A stretch of 64,000 bases of DNA, taken from positions 280 through 64,279 of the forward strand of contig CAYQVW010000002.1 in assembly GCA_964421245.1 (NCBI GenBank). The letters are read 5' to 3'. The notes under the pieces are model-generated. The model was not told where the DNA came from and searched no databases. It saw only the letters and a program-made list of their open reading frames with translations. How positions within the stretch are numbered: position 1 is the first letter of the stretch; every line of letters starts with the position of its first letter. This DNA is from an uncultured bacterium. GTDB lineage: Bacteria; Margulisbacteria; WOR-1; XYC2-FULL-46-14. The position numbers and the translations under genes are program-made. Shown here piece by piece: positions 55,867 to 64,000 of this stretch.

Positions 55867-58334
55867 TGTTGCACCGGTAAGTATATGTGAAAAGCAGTTC
55901 CCTGACCAAGATTGCTTGTAACTTTGATCTCTCCCCTATGGGCCTCTACAATATTGTGAGCAATGGTTAGGCCCAACCCTGTTCCACCATACTTTGTTGT
56001 AAAAAATGGATCAAATAGATGCTTTAGGTTCTCCTCTGATATTCCATGGCCAGTATCAGAGATTTCAACCAACACTCCCTGGATCAAACCCTCCATCTCT
56101 TTTCCTACTTTGGTATTGATTGTCATTGTTCCACCCTCAGGCATAGCTTGGATAGCATTAACAAATAGATTGGAAAAAACCTGTAATAATTGGTCCTTGT
56201 CTAAGGTTACTTCTGGAAGGTTGGCATAGTTTTTTACAATCTTAACTTGTCCCTCTTTTGCCTGACGTAAATAATCCTTTAGGATTTCTTCTAGATAATC
56301 TTTTATATCAACAGTTGAAAACTTCATTTTTGTTGTGCGCGCAAAACGCAGCAAGCTTTCAACTATTCTGTCGATCCTACTAACCTCTTGCGGAACAATA
56401 TCAATAAGTTTTGTTCTAAATTCCGGATCCTCATATTTTATCGGTAAAAGCTGGGATAAAATCCTAAGGGAAGAGAGAGGGTTTTTTATCTCGTGCGCCA
56501 TTCCAGCAGACATGGTTCCAAGCGCCTGCAACTTATCGGCTTGGCGAGCTTTATTCTCAAGCTCTTTGATCTCTGTTAAATCCCTAACCGCCAAGAGCAT
56601 CCCGGTCTTCTTACTTGGAGTCCCAAGCAAAGTGGTATTAATCATGACAGGGATTAATCCCTTCTTTCGACTCAGCAATCCGGCCTCAAAGTTATAAAAG
56701 CATTTATCCTGGAGGGTACTATTAATTGAAATAGAGAGCGGATTTTTTCCTTGAAAAATATCTTTATAAGGCTTTCCGATAATATCTCTTAATTGTTTTT
56801 CAATAATCTTGCACATTGATGGATTACTGCTTCGAATGATTCCATTTTCATCCGTAGTTAAAACACCATAAACCAAAGAATTGAGAACTTCTTCATTATA
56901 ATTTTTCATTTCGAGCACTTCTTGATATAAACGCACATTGTCTAAGGCCAGAGCAGTCTGGCTGGCCAGGGTATTTAAAAGACGCATATCCTCTACTGTG
57001 TAAATATCTCCGGAAAGCTTTTCTCCGACAGCAATGATTCCAAGCAACTGATCCCGAAGCATTATCGGCATCCAAAGCCTAAATCCAATTGGCTTTGTTT
57101 CCCCTAATATATTTTCTAATTTTGATTTATCAAATCTTTCTCGTGCCAGTTCTTCTTCTACTTCTTCAAGAACAAGAATTCTCTCGGTTGATCTCAAATG
57201 TTCAACCAAATATCCATTGGTATTTACCTCTATTTTTTTATAGCGGCCATCAGTAGAAATAGATGAGAGATCCACTGACTTATACTTGTTCCTACCTTTA
57301 TCAAACACTAAAAAAGATATTTCCGATACCTTCATAACCTGAACAAAGGTTGAGACAATGAGTCCCGCAACTTCTTCCAATTGAATTTTACTGGATATTT
57401 CTCGACTTAGTGTGCGCAGCGTTTTTTGATAATCATAGCGGTGTCTTAAAAATATGCGATCAGTTACATTCTGAAAAGTACGCAACATCGGTTGAAAGAG
57501 AATCGCAATTATAAATGCAATTAAGGCTCCACCAATTACAGATGTATATCCAACAATTCCTTGAAAGAGACGCTCAAAAATCAGAACCAAAACCGCATAA
57601 AAACTTATAATGAAACCGGTAAGCAATGTATAAAAAGCACCTTTTTGTAGGACTGTTTCAATGCCCATCAAGCGGTGTTTAACAATGGCATAGGCAACGG
57701 TAATAACGTACGAAACCACAAAGATATTTCCAAAAGGAGGGATTGGAATGTTATACCATAAAAGAAAATTAGTAGAACCACCTAGAAACCCAAGAAATGT
57801 CCCCCAAAAAATATAGACTATTTGGTTTTTGAATGTGCGAGAATAGTCTGGATCATAGATAGTTTTAATCATCAAAAAGAGGCCATAAGCTACTAAACCA
57901 AAAAAATAACAAAAAAGAAAGGGATGGAATAAAATACCAGGATTTGGCCAAAATTGAAAACCAAGTTTAGAACCCACACCTGTTATAAAAAATGGAGTAA
58001 AGTTCGCCAATAAAATAGAGAGACAAATCAAATAAGCAAATCTTACAAAGGTCTTAAGCCTATCGCTAATTCTAAGTAAGACTGTAATAAAGTGAAAGTA
58101 GGTAACCGGAATTAATATGGCTCCAAACATAAAAGCACGAGCAAAGAAAAGAGCCGAATCATAATCTGGGGCCAACAACCACAAAAAATAAAAAAAACTC
58201 CAGATAGCTATACTAAACGAAAAAAGGCAAAAGGTAATATTAAGCAGGCTTCTTCTGTTCTTAAATAAAACGTAAAATCCAAGGAATAGCCCCGTTGTAG
58301 CAATAACCAAAGAACTTATAGAATAGTAGGTCAT
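55863..58334 (-). CDS. Sensor histidine kinase (7TM-GAF-PAS-HisKA-HATPase)
   Basis: Multi-TM N-terminus, AHEIKNPL, NLFVNAIQA, DTGHGI and FFTTKYGGTGLGL. Confidence 0.93.
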   Translation of the reverse strand: MTYYSISSLVIATTGLFLGFYVLFKNRRSLLNITFCLFSFSIAIWSFFYFLWLLAPDYDSALFFARAFMFGAILIPVTYFHFITVLLRISDRLKTFVRFAYLICLSILLANFTPFFITGVGSKLGFQFWPNPGILFHPFLFCYFFGLVAYGLFLMIKTIYDPDYSRTFKNQIVYIFWGTFLGFLGGSTNFLLWYNIPIPPFGNIFVVSYVITVAYAIVKHRLMGIETVLQKGAFYTLLTGFIISFYAVLVLIFERLFQGIVGYTSVIGGALIAFIIAILFQPMLRTFQNVTDRIFLRHRYDYQKTLRTLSREISSKIQLEEVAGLIVSTFVQVMKVSEISFLVFDKGRNKYKSVDLSSISTDGRYKKIEVNTNGYLVEHLRSTERILVLEEVEEELARERFDKSKLENILGETKPIGFRLWMPIMLRDQLLGIIAVGEKLSGDIYTVEDMRLLNTLASQTALALDNVRLYQEVLEMKNYNEEVLNSLVYGVLTTDENGIIRSSNPSMCKIIEKQLRDIIGKPYKDIFQGKNPLSISINSTLQDKCFYNFEAGLLSRKKGLIPVMINTTLLGTPSKKTGMLLAVRDLTEIKELENKARQADKLQALGTMSAGMAHEIKNPLSSLRILSQLLPIKYEDPEFRTKLIDIVPQEVSRIDRIVESLLRFARTTKMKFSTVDIKDYLEEILKDYLRQAKEGQVKIVKNYANLPEVTLDKDQLLQVFSNLFVNAIQAMPEGGTMTINTKVGKEMEGLIQGVLVEISDTGHGISEENLKHLFDPFFTTKYGGTGLGLTIAHNIVEAHRGEIKVTSNLGQGTAFHIYLPVQQ

Positions 58335-58369
58335 TGATGGGATTATTATTGCTCATTAGAGGAGAAAAA

Positions 58370-61300
58370 TCAAGTAGGGGTGCCAGAAACTATAACTGCC
58401 TGTCCACCAAAGGAGATTTTAACTTCAACATCTCGACATCCTCTATCTTCTAACAATTGCCTAAGCTCTTCTGGGGTATAATATTTAAAAAGGCCGCTCT
58501 CTTCAGAATGCTCAATCCAACTTAAGGCATTATTTAAAAGATTTCTACCTTCTTGGAGCCGGCTTTCTCGCTCTGGTCCCGGGTCTGTTGCTGCTATAAC
58601 TCCATTAAGATAATTAGAGAATATCCTTGAAAGATCTGCATCGGGAAGCAAGCTTGAAAGCACAACTCTCCCCCCCTTTCTTGTCATGCGAACCATCTCA
58701 GAAACAACCTCTTCTGGATTATCTAAGTAAGAAAGAAATAAGCTCCCCAAGGTCTTGTCTGCGCTCTCATCAGCAAAATCAAGCCTAGTAGTTCTTCCCA
58801 CCTCACCCAAATCTAATCGCTTAAAGTTTAAATCGGCACAGCTCAAGGTTTTATAATCTAGTCCTTTTTCTCTCCCGCTTTCATTAAGGTCTTCTTCGAT
58901 CAATTCACCTCTTAGAAACCTAGCAGCAAGATCAAGATCTTGAATTGAAGCCGGATCACAAGTTCCATAGACCCATCCTTCTTCAAGTTTAATCTGGCCC
59001 CTTATTAGTTTTTTAATATTCTTTCTCGTTTGGACTTGTGGATTTTCTGGTAATCTAAGATCTGGGAAACGTGCGGAAAAATCTTCATATTCAATTCGTC
59101 CTTCTAAATGATCAAGCATACTACGCAAAGGACTAATATCTAAATCCATTGAGTGTGCTTCTAATTCTGGTAAATGCGGACATTTACTTTCTGCCCTTTC
59201 CCACTTATCTAGAGCCATTCCAAGCGCATCTTCAACCAAATCTAGGGCGACAACTTTTCCTCCAATTGCTTGGATTGGATGTGTGTCAATTAACTTCGCT
59301 GCCAAGCTTAATTCAGAGTTTCCAGTTCCAGCACCAAAATCAACTAATGTTTCTCCGGGTTGAAAACCGACTGCGTGAAATTGATCATCCATCAACTGTC
59401 GATACTCTGCTGTTTCAAGTAAAATATCAAAACCTTCTACTAAATAACTGCGCCAATTCCTAACCGATTGTTCTTTTGTAACAACCTCTTTAATTCTCCC
59501 TCTCTCATATACTGCTTTTTCAACCACCTCTGCTTTAGTCGGAGCAACCACGCTGGCACGTTCCATCCCACACATTTTGCGAACAGATCTGACAATCTCA
59601 GCAAAAACTTCTTGGGCTTTTTCTGCTTCCCGAAATTTATGCCCCAAACCAGGAACAACATGTCTGTCTCTCATCTGTCCTTCCGGCTTTTCTCTAAGAG
59701 CCTCACTAACCTCTTGACGATTAACCCAAGGGTCATCTTCTCCTAAATGCCAAACTATTGGTATCTCAAGTTCAGCCAAATGCTTACACATTAGTTCAAA
59801 GTTAGTAAATTTACCGGAAATGGCATCATTTAAAAATTCATCTCCCCTAATTGGAAACCCGAGAACATTAATCAATCCTTCTCGTCTATGTCCCAGGCGA
59901 TAGGCTTCAACTAAATTTGCCCCCCAAACTCGAGTTAGAAGATCTTCAACATTGGGGGCTCCAACAACAACGTCTAAGAATTGAACTCTTTGGTCTTCTT
60001 TTGCTGCAACAATTGCCGGAGTGGTCGCTAAACTAAAAGGGATAAGACCAATAGATCCTGCCCTACAATTTCTTTCCACATAATCAATTGCTGCATCAAT
60101 ATTTCTTCTAGATTGTGAAAGAGTCAGGTTTTCTATCTCTCCGTCACTCTCTCCTACACTGTTTGAGTCGTCATAGCGAAGAACCCCGATTCCATTTTTT
60201 GTTAAATACTGTGCCAACAAAAAGTAGGTCTCTTTTCTCTTTCCATAAGCGGGTGGAACAATTACCCAGGGAGCCCTCTCCCCCTTTCTAACATTTTCTG
60301 GTGGATCAGCAATTCCCACAATAGTCTGACCCGAAGCATTTTCAAATCTGACCAAAGCAACTCCTTCATCTGGATTACTTCTAGTTATGCCAGCTTTTAT
60401 TGCATAGTATGCAGTCATCGCTTTAAGGGATAAATTACTCCAAGAAAACCATCCTGGACCTTTGCTTTTTGGCTTTTCTGACTCTGTCGGCAGAGGAGTA
60501 ACTGCCGATTGTTCACTGGTAATACGCATTTTCTCTTCAGCCGTACGAACTCTTTGTAAAGCTTGGGCTGCTCTTTCAAATAGCAAATGATATCTAAACT
60601 GTTGTGTCTCAACTGGAAGAGGAGAACCCAAATCTGTCCTCAACGAACATTGTCTATTATGAAATAAAATTATTGCATCTGTATGTGATTTAAAATCTCG
60701 AGCGGTACTAGACATAACAACTACTCCCATCTCTGGTGATCCTTCGAATTGATCAAGATGTGCAACCGCAAAATCACTCTCATAAGCAGGACAATCAGAG
60801 GGATTATTAAGATTTAGATGCTCAACTTGAAATGGAATATCCTTGTCAAAAACTCCACTTGCAACTTCGTGCCCATGTAAAAAACTCCTTAATACTTCGT
60901 CTGGAGGAGCCCCTTCTAAATACGTTTGTCCCCAAGCTGTTGCTAAAAATCTATTTTCAAATGCAGTCCTCATTCCTCTTTCTGGAACATCAATTCTCCA
61001 CTTACCATCACCATCCGGAACTAATATGGTAACCTCAACTGCTGCCAATTGCTCTTTTAATGAAACCAAATCCCTATCCCTATGAAAAATTCGACGAACA
61101 GTTTGAAATATTTCAGTACGATCGGTTAATCCACTAAATACTTCACTCAATTCAACCATTCCACGTAAAATAGTATCGGTTCTTCCTGATGCAGAAAGCC
61201 CCTCCCCAACACCTAGAGGGACAAGCGGCTGAGCTGGTGCAAGTTGAGGTGCTTCTTCTGGCGCTGCTGGCATTGTTGTTTGCTGAGATACTAATGCGCT

Positions 61301-61690
61301 GTGAATCTCGTCACATACATGATCTAAATCAAGAGCATATTGCGTACTGTTAGTAAAACGTGCAGCCCTAACAATTAAACGGGTATGGTCAAGCTTTTGA
61401 AGATCTTCCGCCTCGGCTATCATCTCTCGTAATGCAAAGCGATGCATAAGCCAAGTAGTATTTATTCTAACCGGTTTAGCCGCCACATTTATAAGCTTCT
61501 GATCTTCTGCCTGATCTAGAATCCCTCGAAAGATATCCATCTCTGGATCAGTAAGTAGGGCTAATCTTCTGCAAGAGAGTCCATCTGTATAATAGCGAGG
61601 ACCTAATTTATTGTTTACTTTTCTGTAGTTTAATCCGCTGTATGTATAAGACAAAATTGATTTGAAAAAAGAACCAATTTTAATTGCCAT
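58370..61690 (-). CDS. Orphan N-terminus + LuxD-like alpha/beta hydrolase + SAM methyltransferase fusion
   Basis: AYGKRKETY..LAQYL..NG..VLRYDDSNSVGESDG and IPFSLA nucleophile elbow; VDFGAGTGN and EMVRMTRKGGRVV. Confidence 0.8.
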   Translation of the reverse strand: MAIKIGSFFKSILSYTYSGLNYRKVNNKLGPRYYTDGLSCRRLALLTDPEMDIFRGILDQAEDQKLINVAAKPVRINTTWLMHRFALREMIAEAEDLQKLDHTRLIVRAARFTNSTQYALDLDHVCDEIHSALVSQQTTMPAAPEEAPQLAPAQPLVPLGVGEGLSASGRTDTILRGMVELSEVFSGLTDRTEIFQTVRRIFHRDRDLVSLKEQLAAVEVTILVPDGDGKWRIDVPERGMRTAFENRFLATAWGQTYLEGAPPDEVLRSFLHGHEVASGVFDKDIPFQVEHLNLNNPSDCPAYESDFAVAHLDQFEGSPEMGVVVMSSTARDFKSHTDAIILFHNRQCSLRTDLGSPLPVETQQFRYHLLFERAAQALQRVRTAEEKMRITSEQSAVTPLPTESEKPKSKGPGWFSWSNLSLKAMTAYYAIKAGITRSNPDEGVALVRFENASGQTIVGIADPPENVRKGERAPWVIVPPAYGKRKETYFLLAQYLTKNGIGVLRYDDSNSVGESDGEIENLTLSQSRRNIDAAIDYVERNCRAGSIGLIPFSLATTPAIVAAKEDQRVQFLDVVVGAPNVEDLLTRVWGANLVEAYRLGHRREGLINVLGFPIRGDEFLNDAISGKFTNFELMCKHLAELEIPIVWHLGEDDPWVNRQEVSEALREKPEGQMRDRHVVPGLGHKFREAEKAQEVFAEIVRSVRKMCGMERASVVAPTKAEVVEKAVYERGRIKEVVTKEQSVRNWRSYLVEGFDILLETAEYRQLMDDQFHAVGFQPGETLVDFGAGTGNSELSLAAKLIDTHPIQAIGGKVVALDLVEDALGMALDKWERAESKCPHLPELEAHSMDLDISPLRSMLDHLEGRIEYEDFSARFPDLRLPENPQVQTRKNIKKLIRGQIKLEEGWVYGTCDPASIQDLDLAARFLRGELIEEDLNESGREKGLDYKTLSCADLNFKRLDLGEVGRTTRLDFADESADKTLGSLFLSYLDNPEEVVSEMVRMTRKGGRVVLSSLLPDADLSRIFSNYLNGVIAATDPGPERESRLQEGRNLLNNALSWIEHSEESGLFKYYTPEELRQLLEDRGCRDVEVKISFGGQAVIVSGTPT

Positions 61691-61715
61691 TTTTTATTCC
61701 ACATATTTCCTTGTT

Positions 61716-62090
61716 TTAAGCCGCTGCCCTTTCTTGAACAGGAACAAGACCATCTCCCCTAAGGTGATTCATTCCATTAAGAAAATGAAGTCTTAAGGTT
61801 TTCCCCTCATAACAAGTCTTTAGATCACTTACAGTCAACCTGCTAAAATCTATTTCAGCCAGAGAACTTTTACAAAGGACCTTTGCCTCTGGATCAACTA
61901 ATCCTCTCTCAATTGCATCATTAATTCTAGAACAAAGGAGCCTTAAATCACTAGAATTAAGACTTGCCACACGAGCCTTGGCAAGAAGCCCAAATTGAAG
62001 TCCTCCTAAAGCAGAACCAATAAAGGCTATATTCCCCTCTGGGATATTTCCTATTTTTCCTACTATGCTTATCGCTGTTAGTGTAATCAT
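61716..62090 (-). CDS. Hypothetical protein (124 aa)
   Basis: ORF preceded by two regulon motifs; lies directly upstream of the fusion gene. Confidence 0.55.
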   Translation of the reverse strand: MITLTAISIVGKIGNIPEGNIAFIGSALGGLQFGLLAKARVASLNSSDLRLLCSRINDAIERGLVDPEAKVLCKSSLAEIDFSRLTVSDLKTCYEGKTLRLHFLNGMNHLRGDGLVPVQERAAA

Positions 62091-62108
62091 TTCATTCCAC
62101 CTAATTAT

Positions 62109-62137
62109 ATATCGTCAATTACTATAAAAAATTTCAC
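62109..62137 (-). promoter_or_regulatory. Orphan-regulon promoter motif, type A
   Basis: GTGAAATTT-tttatagtaattga-CGATAT. Confidence 0.75.
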
Positions 62138-62153
62138 CTAACTTTACATTTAT

Positions 62154-62182
62154 TCTTCGGCCTATATTTTCAAAAATTTCAG
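62154..62182 (-). promoter_or_regulatory. Orphan-regulon promoter motif, type A (tandem second copy)
   Basis: CTGAAATTT-ttgaaaatataggc-CGAAGA. Confidence 0.6.
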
Positions 62183-62199
62183 CCTATTTTGGCCTAATT

Positions 62200-62931
62200 C
62201 TACTGAAACAGATCTTCTAACTTAGCAAGATCAAAAGGGGTGTTTACACCGAGAGTCTCTTTATAATCCGCTGCCTTGAAGGCAAAAACCGGATCACCAA
62301 CACCTTTAAGTATCTCGATTGTATCGGTTAGATAATATTCCCCTTGGGCATTATCTGCCCTAACTTGTCTCAAAGCCTCAAAGAGCTTTTTTGAATCAAA
62401 ACAAAAGGTCCCAGTATTTATCTCTTTTATCCCTAATTCTTTAGAGTTTGCATCCTTTTTTTCTACAATCTTTATAATCTTTCCCTTATTATCTCTAATC
62501 ACGCGGCCATAGTTTCCTGCATCAGGAAGGTCAGCAGTTAAATCGGTTGCTGCAGAATTATTTTTAACATGAAAATCGACCAGTGAATTCAATGTCTTAG
62601 ATTTCAACAACGGAACATCCCCAGCTAGAATTAACACGTTTTTATTCATCTTCTTTTTAAATTCTTCCTCACAAACAAGTACTGCATGGCCGGTTCCAAG
62701 CTGCTCTTTTTGGTGAATAAAAGTAACCGGCCAATCCTTGAAATATTTCTCAATAACTTGCTTTTCATGTCCCACAACCACAAAAATATTGGAGACTTCC
62801 ATCTTTTGGAGGGTTAAAAGCACATGTTCTAAGAGGGGTTTTCCAGCTAATTTGTGAAAACACTTGGGCAGGTCAGACTTCATACGAGTCCCCTTGCCAG
62901 CCGCCAAAACTATTGCAGATAAATCATCCAT
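62200..62931 (-). CDS. GlmU-like N-acetylglucosamine-1-phosphate uridyltransferase domain only
   Basis: LAAGKGTRMKS..PK, QLGTGHA, GDVPL, EINTG and EYYLTD; no left-handed beta-helix acetyltransferase domain. Confidence 0.88.
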   Translation of the reverse strand: MDDLSAIVLAAGKGTRMKSDLPKCFHKLAGKPLLEHVLLTLQKMEVSNIFVVVGHEKQVIEKYFKDWPVTFIHQKEQLGTGHAVLVCEEEFKKKMNKNVLILAGDVPLLKSKTLNSLVDFHVKNNSAATDLTADLPDAGNYGRVIRDNKGKIIKIVEKKDANSKELGIKEINTGTFCFDSKKLFEALRQVRADNAQGEYYLTDTIEILKGVGDPVFAFKAADYKETLGVNTPFDLAKLEDLFQ

Positions 62932-63061
62932 AATTAATTATAACACTTTTTCCCAATAGACCAATCTAGTCCTCAAAAACCGATGCCTAATCCAGGCATG
63001 AAATTCCGTACTAGACATAATTAATGTTCTCATAGAATGCGCCGGCATTTTATAAACTATC

Positions 63062-64000
63062 TTATACATACTTATCACCCCCTTGATCTAAAGATCTATA
63101 TTGAGTAGCCTCAGCAATATGTTTGGCCAAAATAATTTTTGACTTATCAAGATCTGCAATTGTACGGGACACTTTTAAAATTCGATCAAATGATCTGCCG
63201 CTTAAATTAAGGTGCAGAATCGCATCCTTCATGACCTTTTCGGCCTCACGATCCATTTGACAAAACTTTTTGACCTGCGATGGAAACATCCGAGCATTTG
63301 AATGAGTTGAAGAATTATTAAATCTTATCTCCTGTACTTTCCTTGCCGCCTTGACTCTTTGCCTTATAGCCTTTGAGTCTTCCCCTTGCGGCTTATTCAT
63401 CAAATCTTCTTTTTTAAGCCGTGGGACTTCTATATGTAAATCAATTCGATCAAGTAACGGACCAGATAATTTACTCCAATATTTTTGAACCCTGGTTGGC
63501 GAGCAGATACATTGTTTTAGGGGATCCGAAAAATTTCCACAAGGACAGGGATTCATAGCTGCAACTAACATAAATTCGGCCGGATAAGTCAGCGACGTTG
63601 CAGCACGAGAAATAGTTACCTTCCCATCTTCCAAGGGCTGGCGCAAGACCTCTAAAACTTTTCGATCAAACTCTGGAAATTCATCTAAAAACAAGACCCC
63701 TAAATGAGATAGGGATACTTCTCCAGGACGAGGAATCCTGCCACCACCAACAATTCCAATGTCTGAGGTCGTATGATGAGGAGAACGAAATGGCCTATTG
63801 GTTACCAGTGCACTCTTTCCTCTTAAAAAACCGGTCACAGAATAGAGCTGTGTAACGTCCAATGCTTCTTCTAAAGACAGGGGAGGCAAGATCGTAGGTA
63901 AGCGGCGGGCTAACATAGTCTTCCCCGAACCGGGAGGACCAACTAATAAAATATTGTGCGAGCCGGCAGCGGCAATCTCTAATGCCCGCTTAACATGCTC
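63062..64000 (-). CDS. comM: YifB/ComM Mg-chelatase-like AAA+ ATPase (5' end outside window)
   Basis: GPPGSGKTMLARRLP, PFRSPHH, LFLDEFPEF and AAMNPCPCG; the frame is open to the window edge. Confidence 0.93.
   Translation of the reverse strand, partial: EHVKRALEIAAAGSHNILLVGPPGSGKTMLARRLPTILPPLSLEEALDVTQLYSVTGFLRGKSALVTNRPFRSPHHTTSDIGIVGGGRIPRPGEVSLSHLGVLFLDEFPEFDRKVLEVLRQPLEDGKVTISRAATSLTYPAEFMLVAAMNPCPCGNFSDPLKQCICSPTRVQKYWSKLSGPLLDRIDLHIEVPRLKKEDLMNKPQGEDSKAIRQRVKAARKVQEIRFNNSSTHSNARMFPSQVKKFCQMDREAEKVMKDAILHLNLSGRSFDRILKVSRTIADLDKSKIILAKHIAEATQYRSLDQGGDKYV

Noticed and set aside
62993-63008. Fourth sigma54-like site (CAGGCATGAAATTCCG)
   Set aside because: Lacks the -12 GC and points into the 3' end of an opposite-strand gene.

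Overview
AT-rich bacterial chromosome segment. Gene content and style suggest an uncultured lineage, possibly Margulisbacteria/Saganbacteria-like; this is an unverified inference. Housekeeping blocks (metG, tatD, pilC/pilin, peptide-binding protein, ruvCA, yqeG, argCJB, AmmeMemoRadiSam A/B, phosphohexomutase, two-component pair, GlmU-N, YifB/ComM) alternate with islands of orphan or chimeric genes. These include a 3935-aa protein with an embedded SecA-like ATPase, a PD-(D/E)xK nuclease-like protein, a kinase-like protein, a GT4-transglutaminase-TPR fusion, a LuxD-like hydrolase-methyltransferase fusion and a 5'-nucleotidase without a signal peptide. The main hidden signal is a bipartite motif with invariant spacing, TGAAATTT-N14-CGA (9 copies) or TGCAAGTT-N15-CGATA (3 copies). 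It sits in the sense orientation before every orphan transcription unit and was not seen before housekeeping genes, which suggests an alternative-sigma (sigma28-like) regulon of putative effectors. A second signal is three four-helix-bundle (IVP/Avd-like) genes bracketed by degenerate heptamer arrays, some inverted. Two of these genes share a sigma54-type promoter and a 14-bp upstream box, and related arrays and REP-like palindromes also occur in frame inside housekeeping genes. No rRNA, tRNA, CRISPR array, integrase or transposase was recognised.
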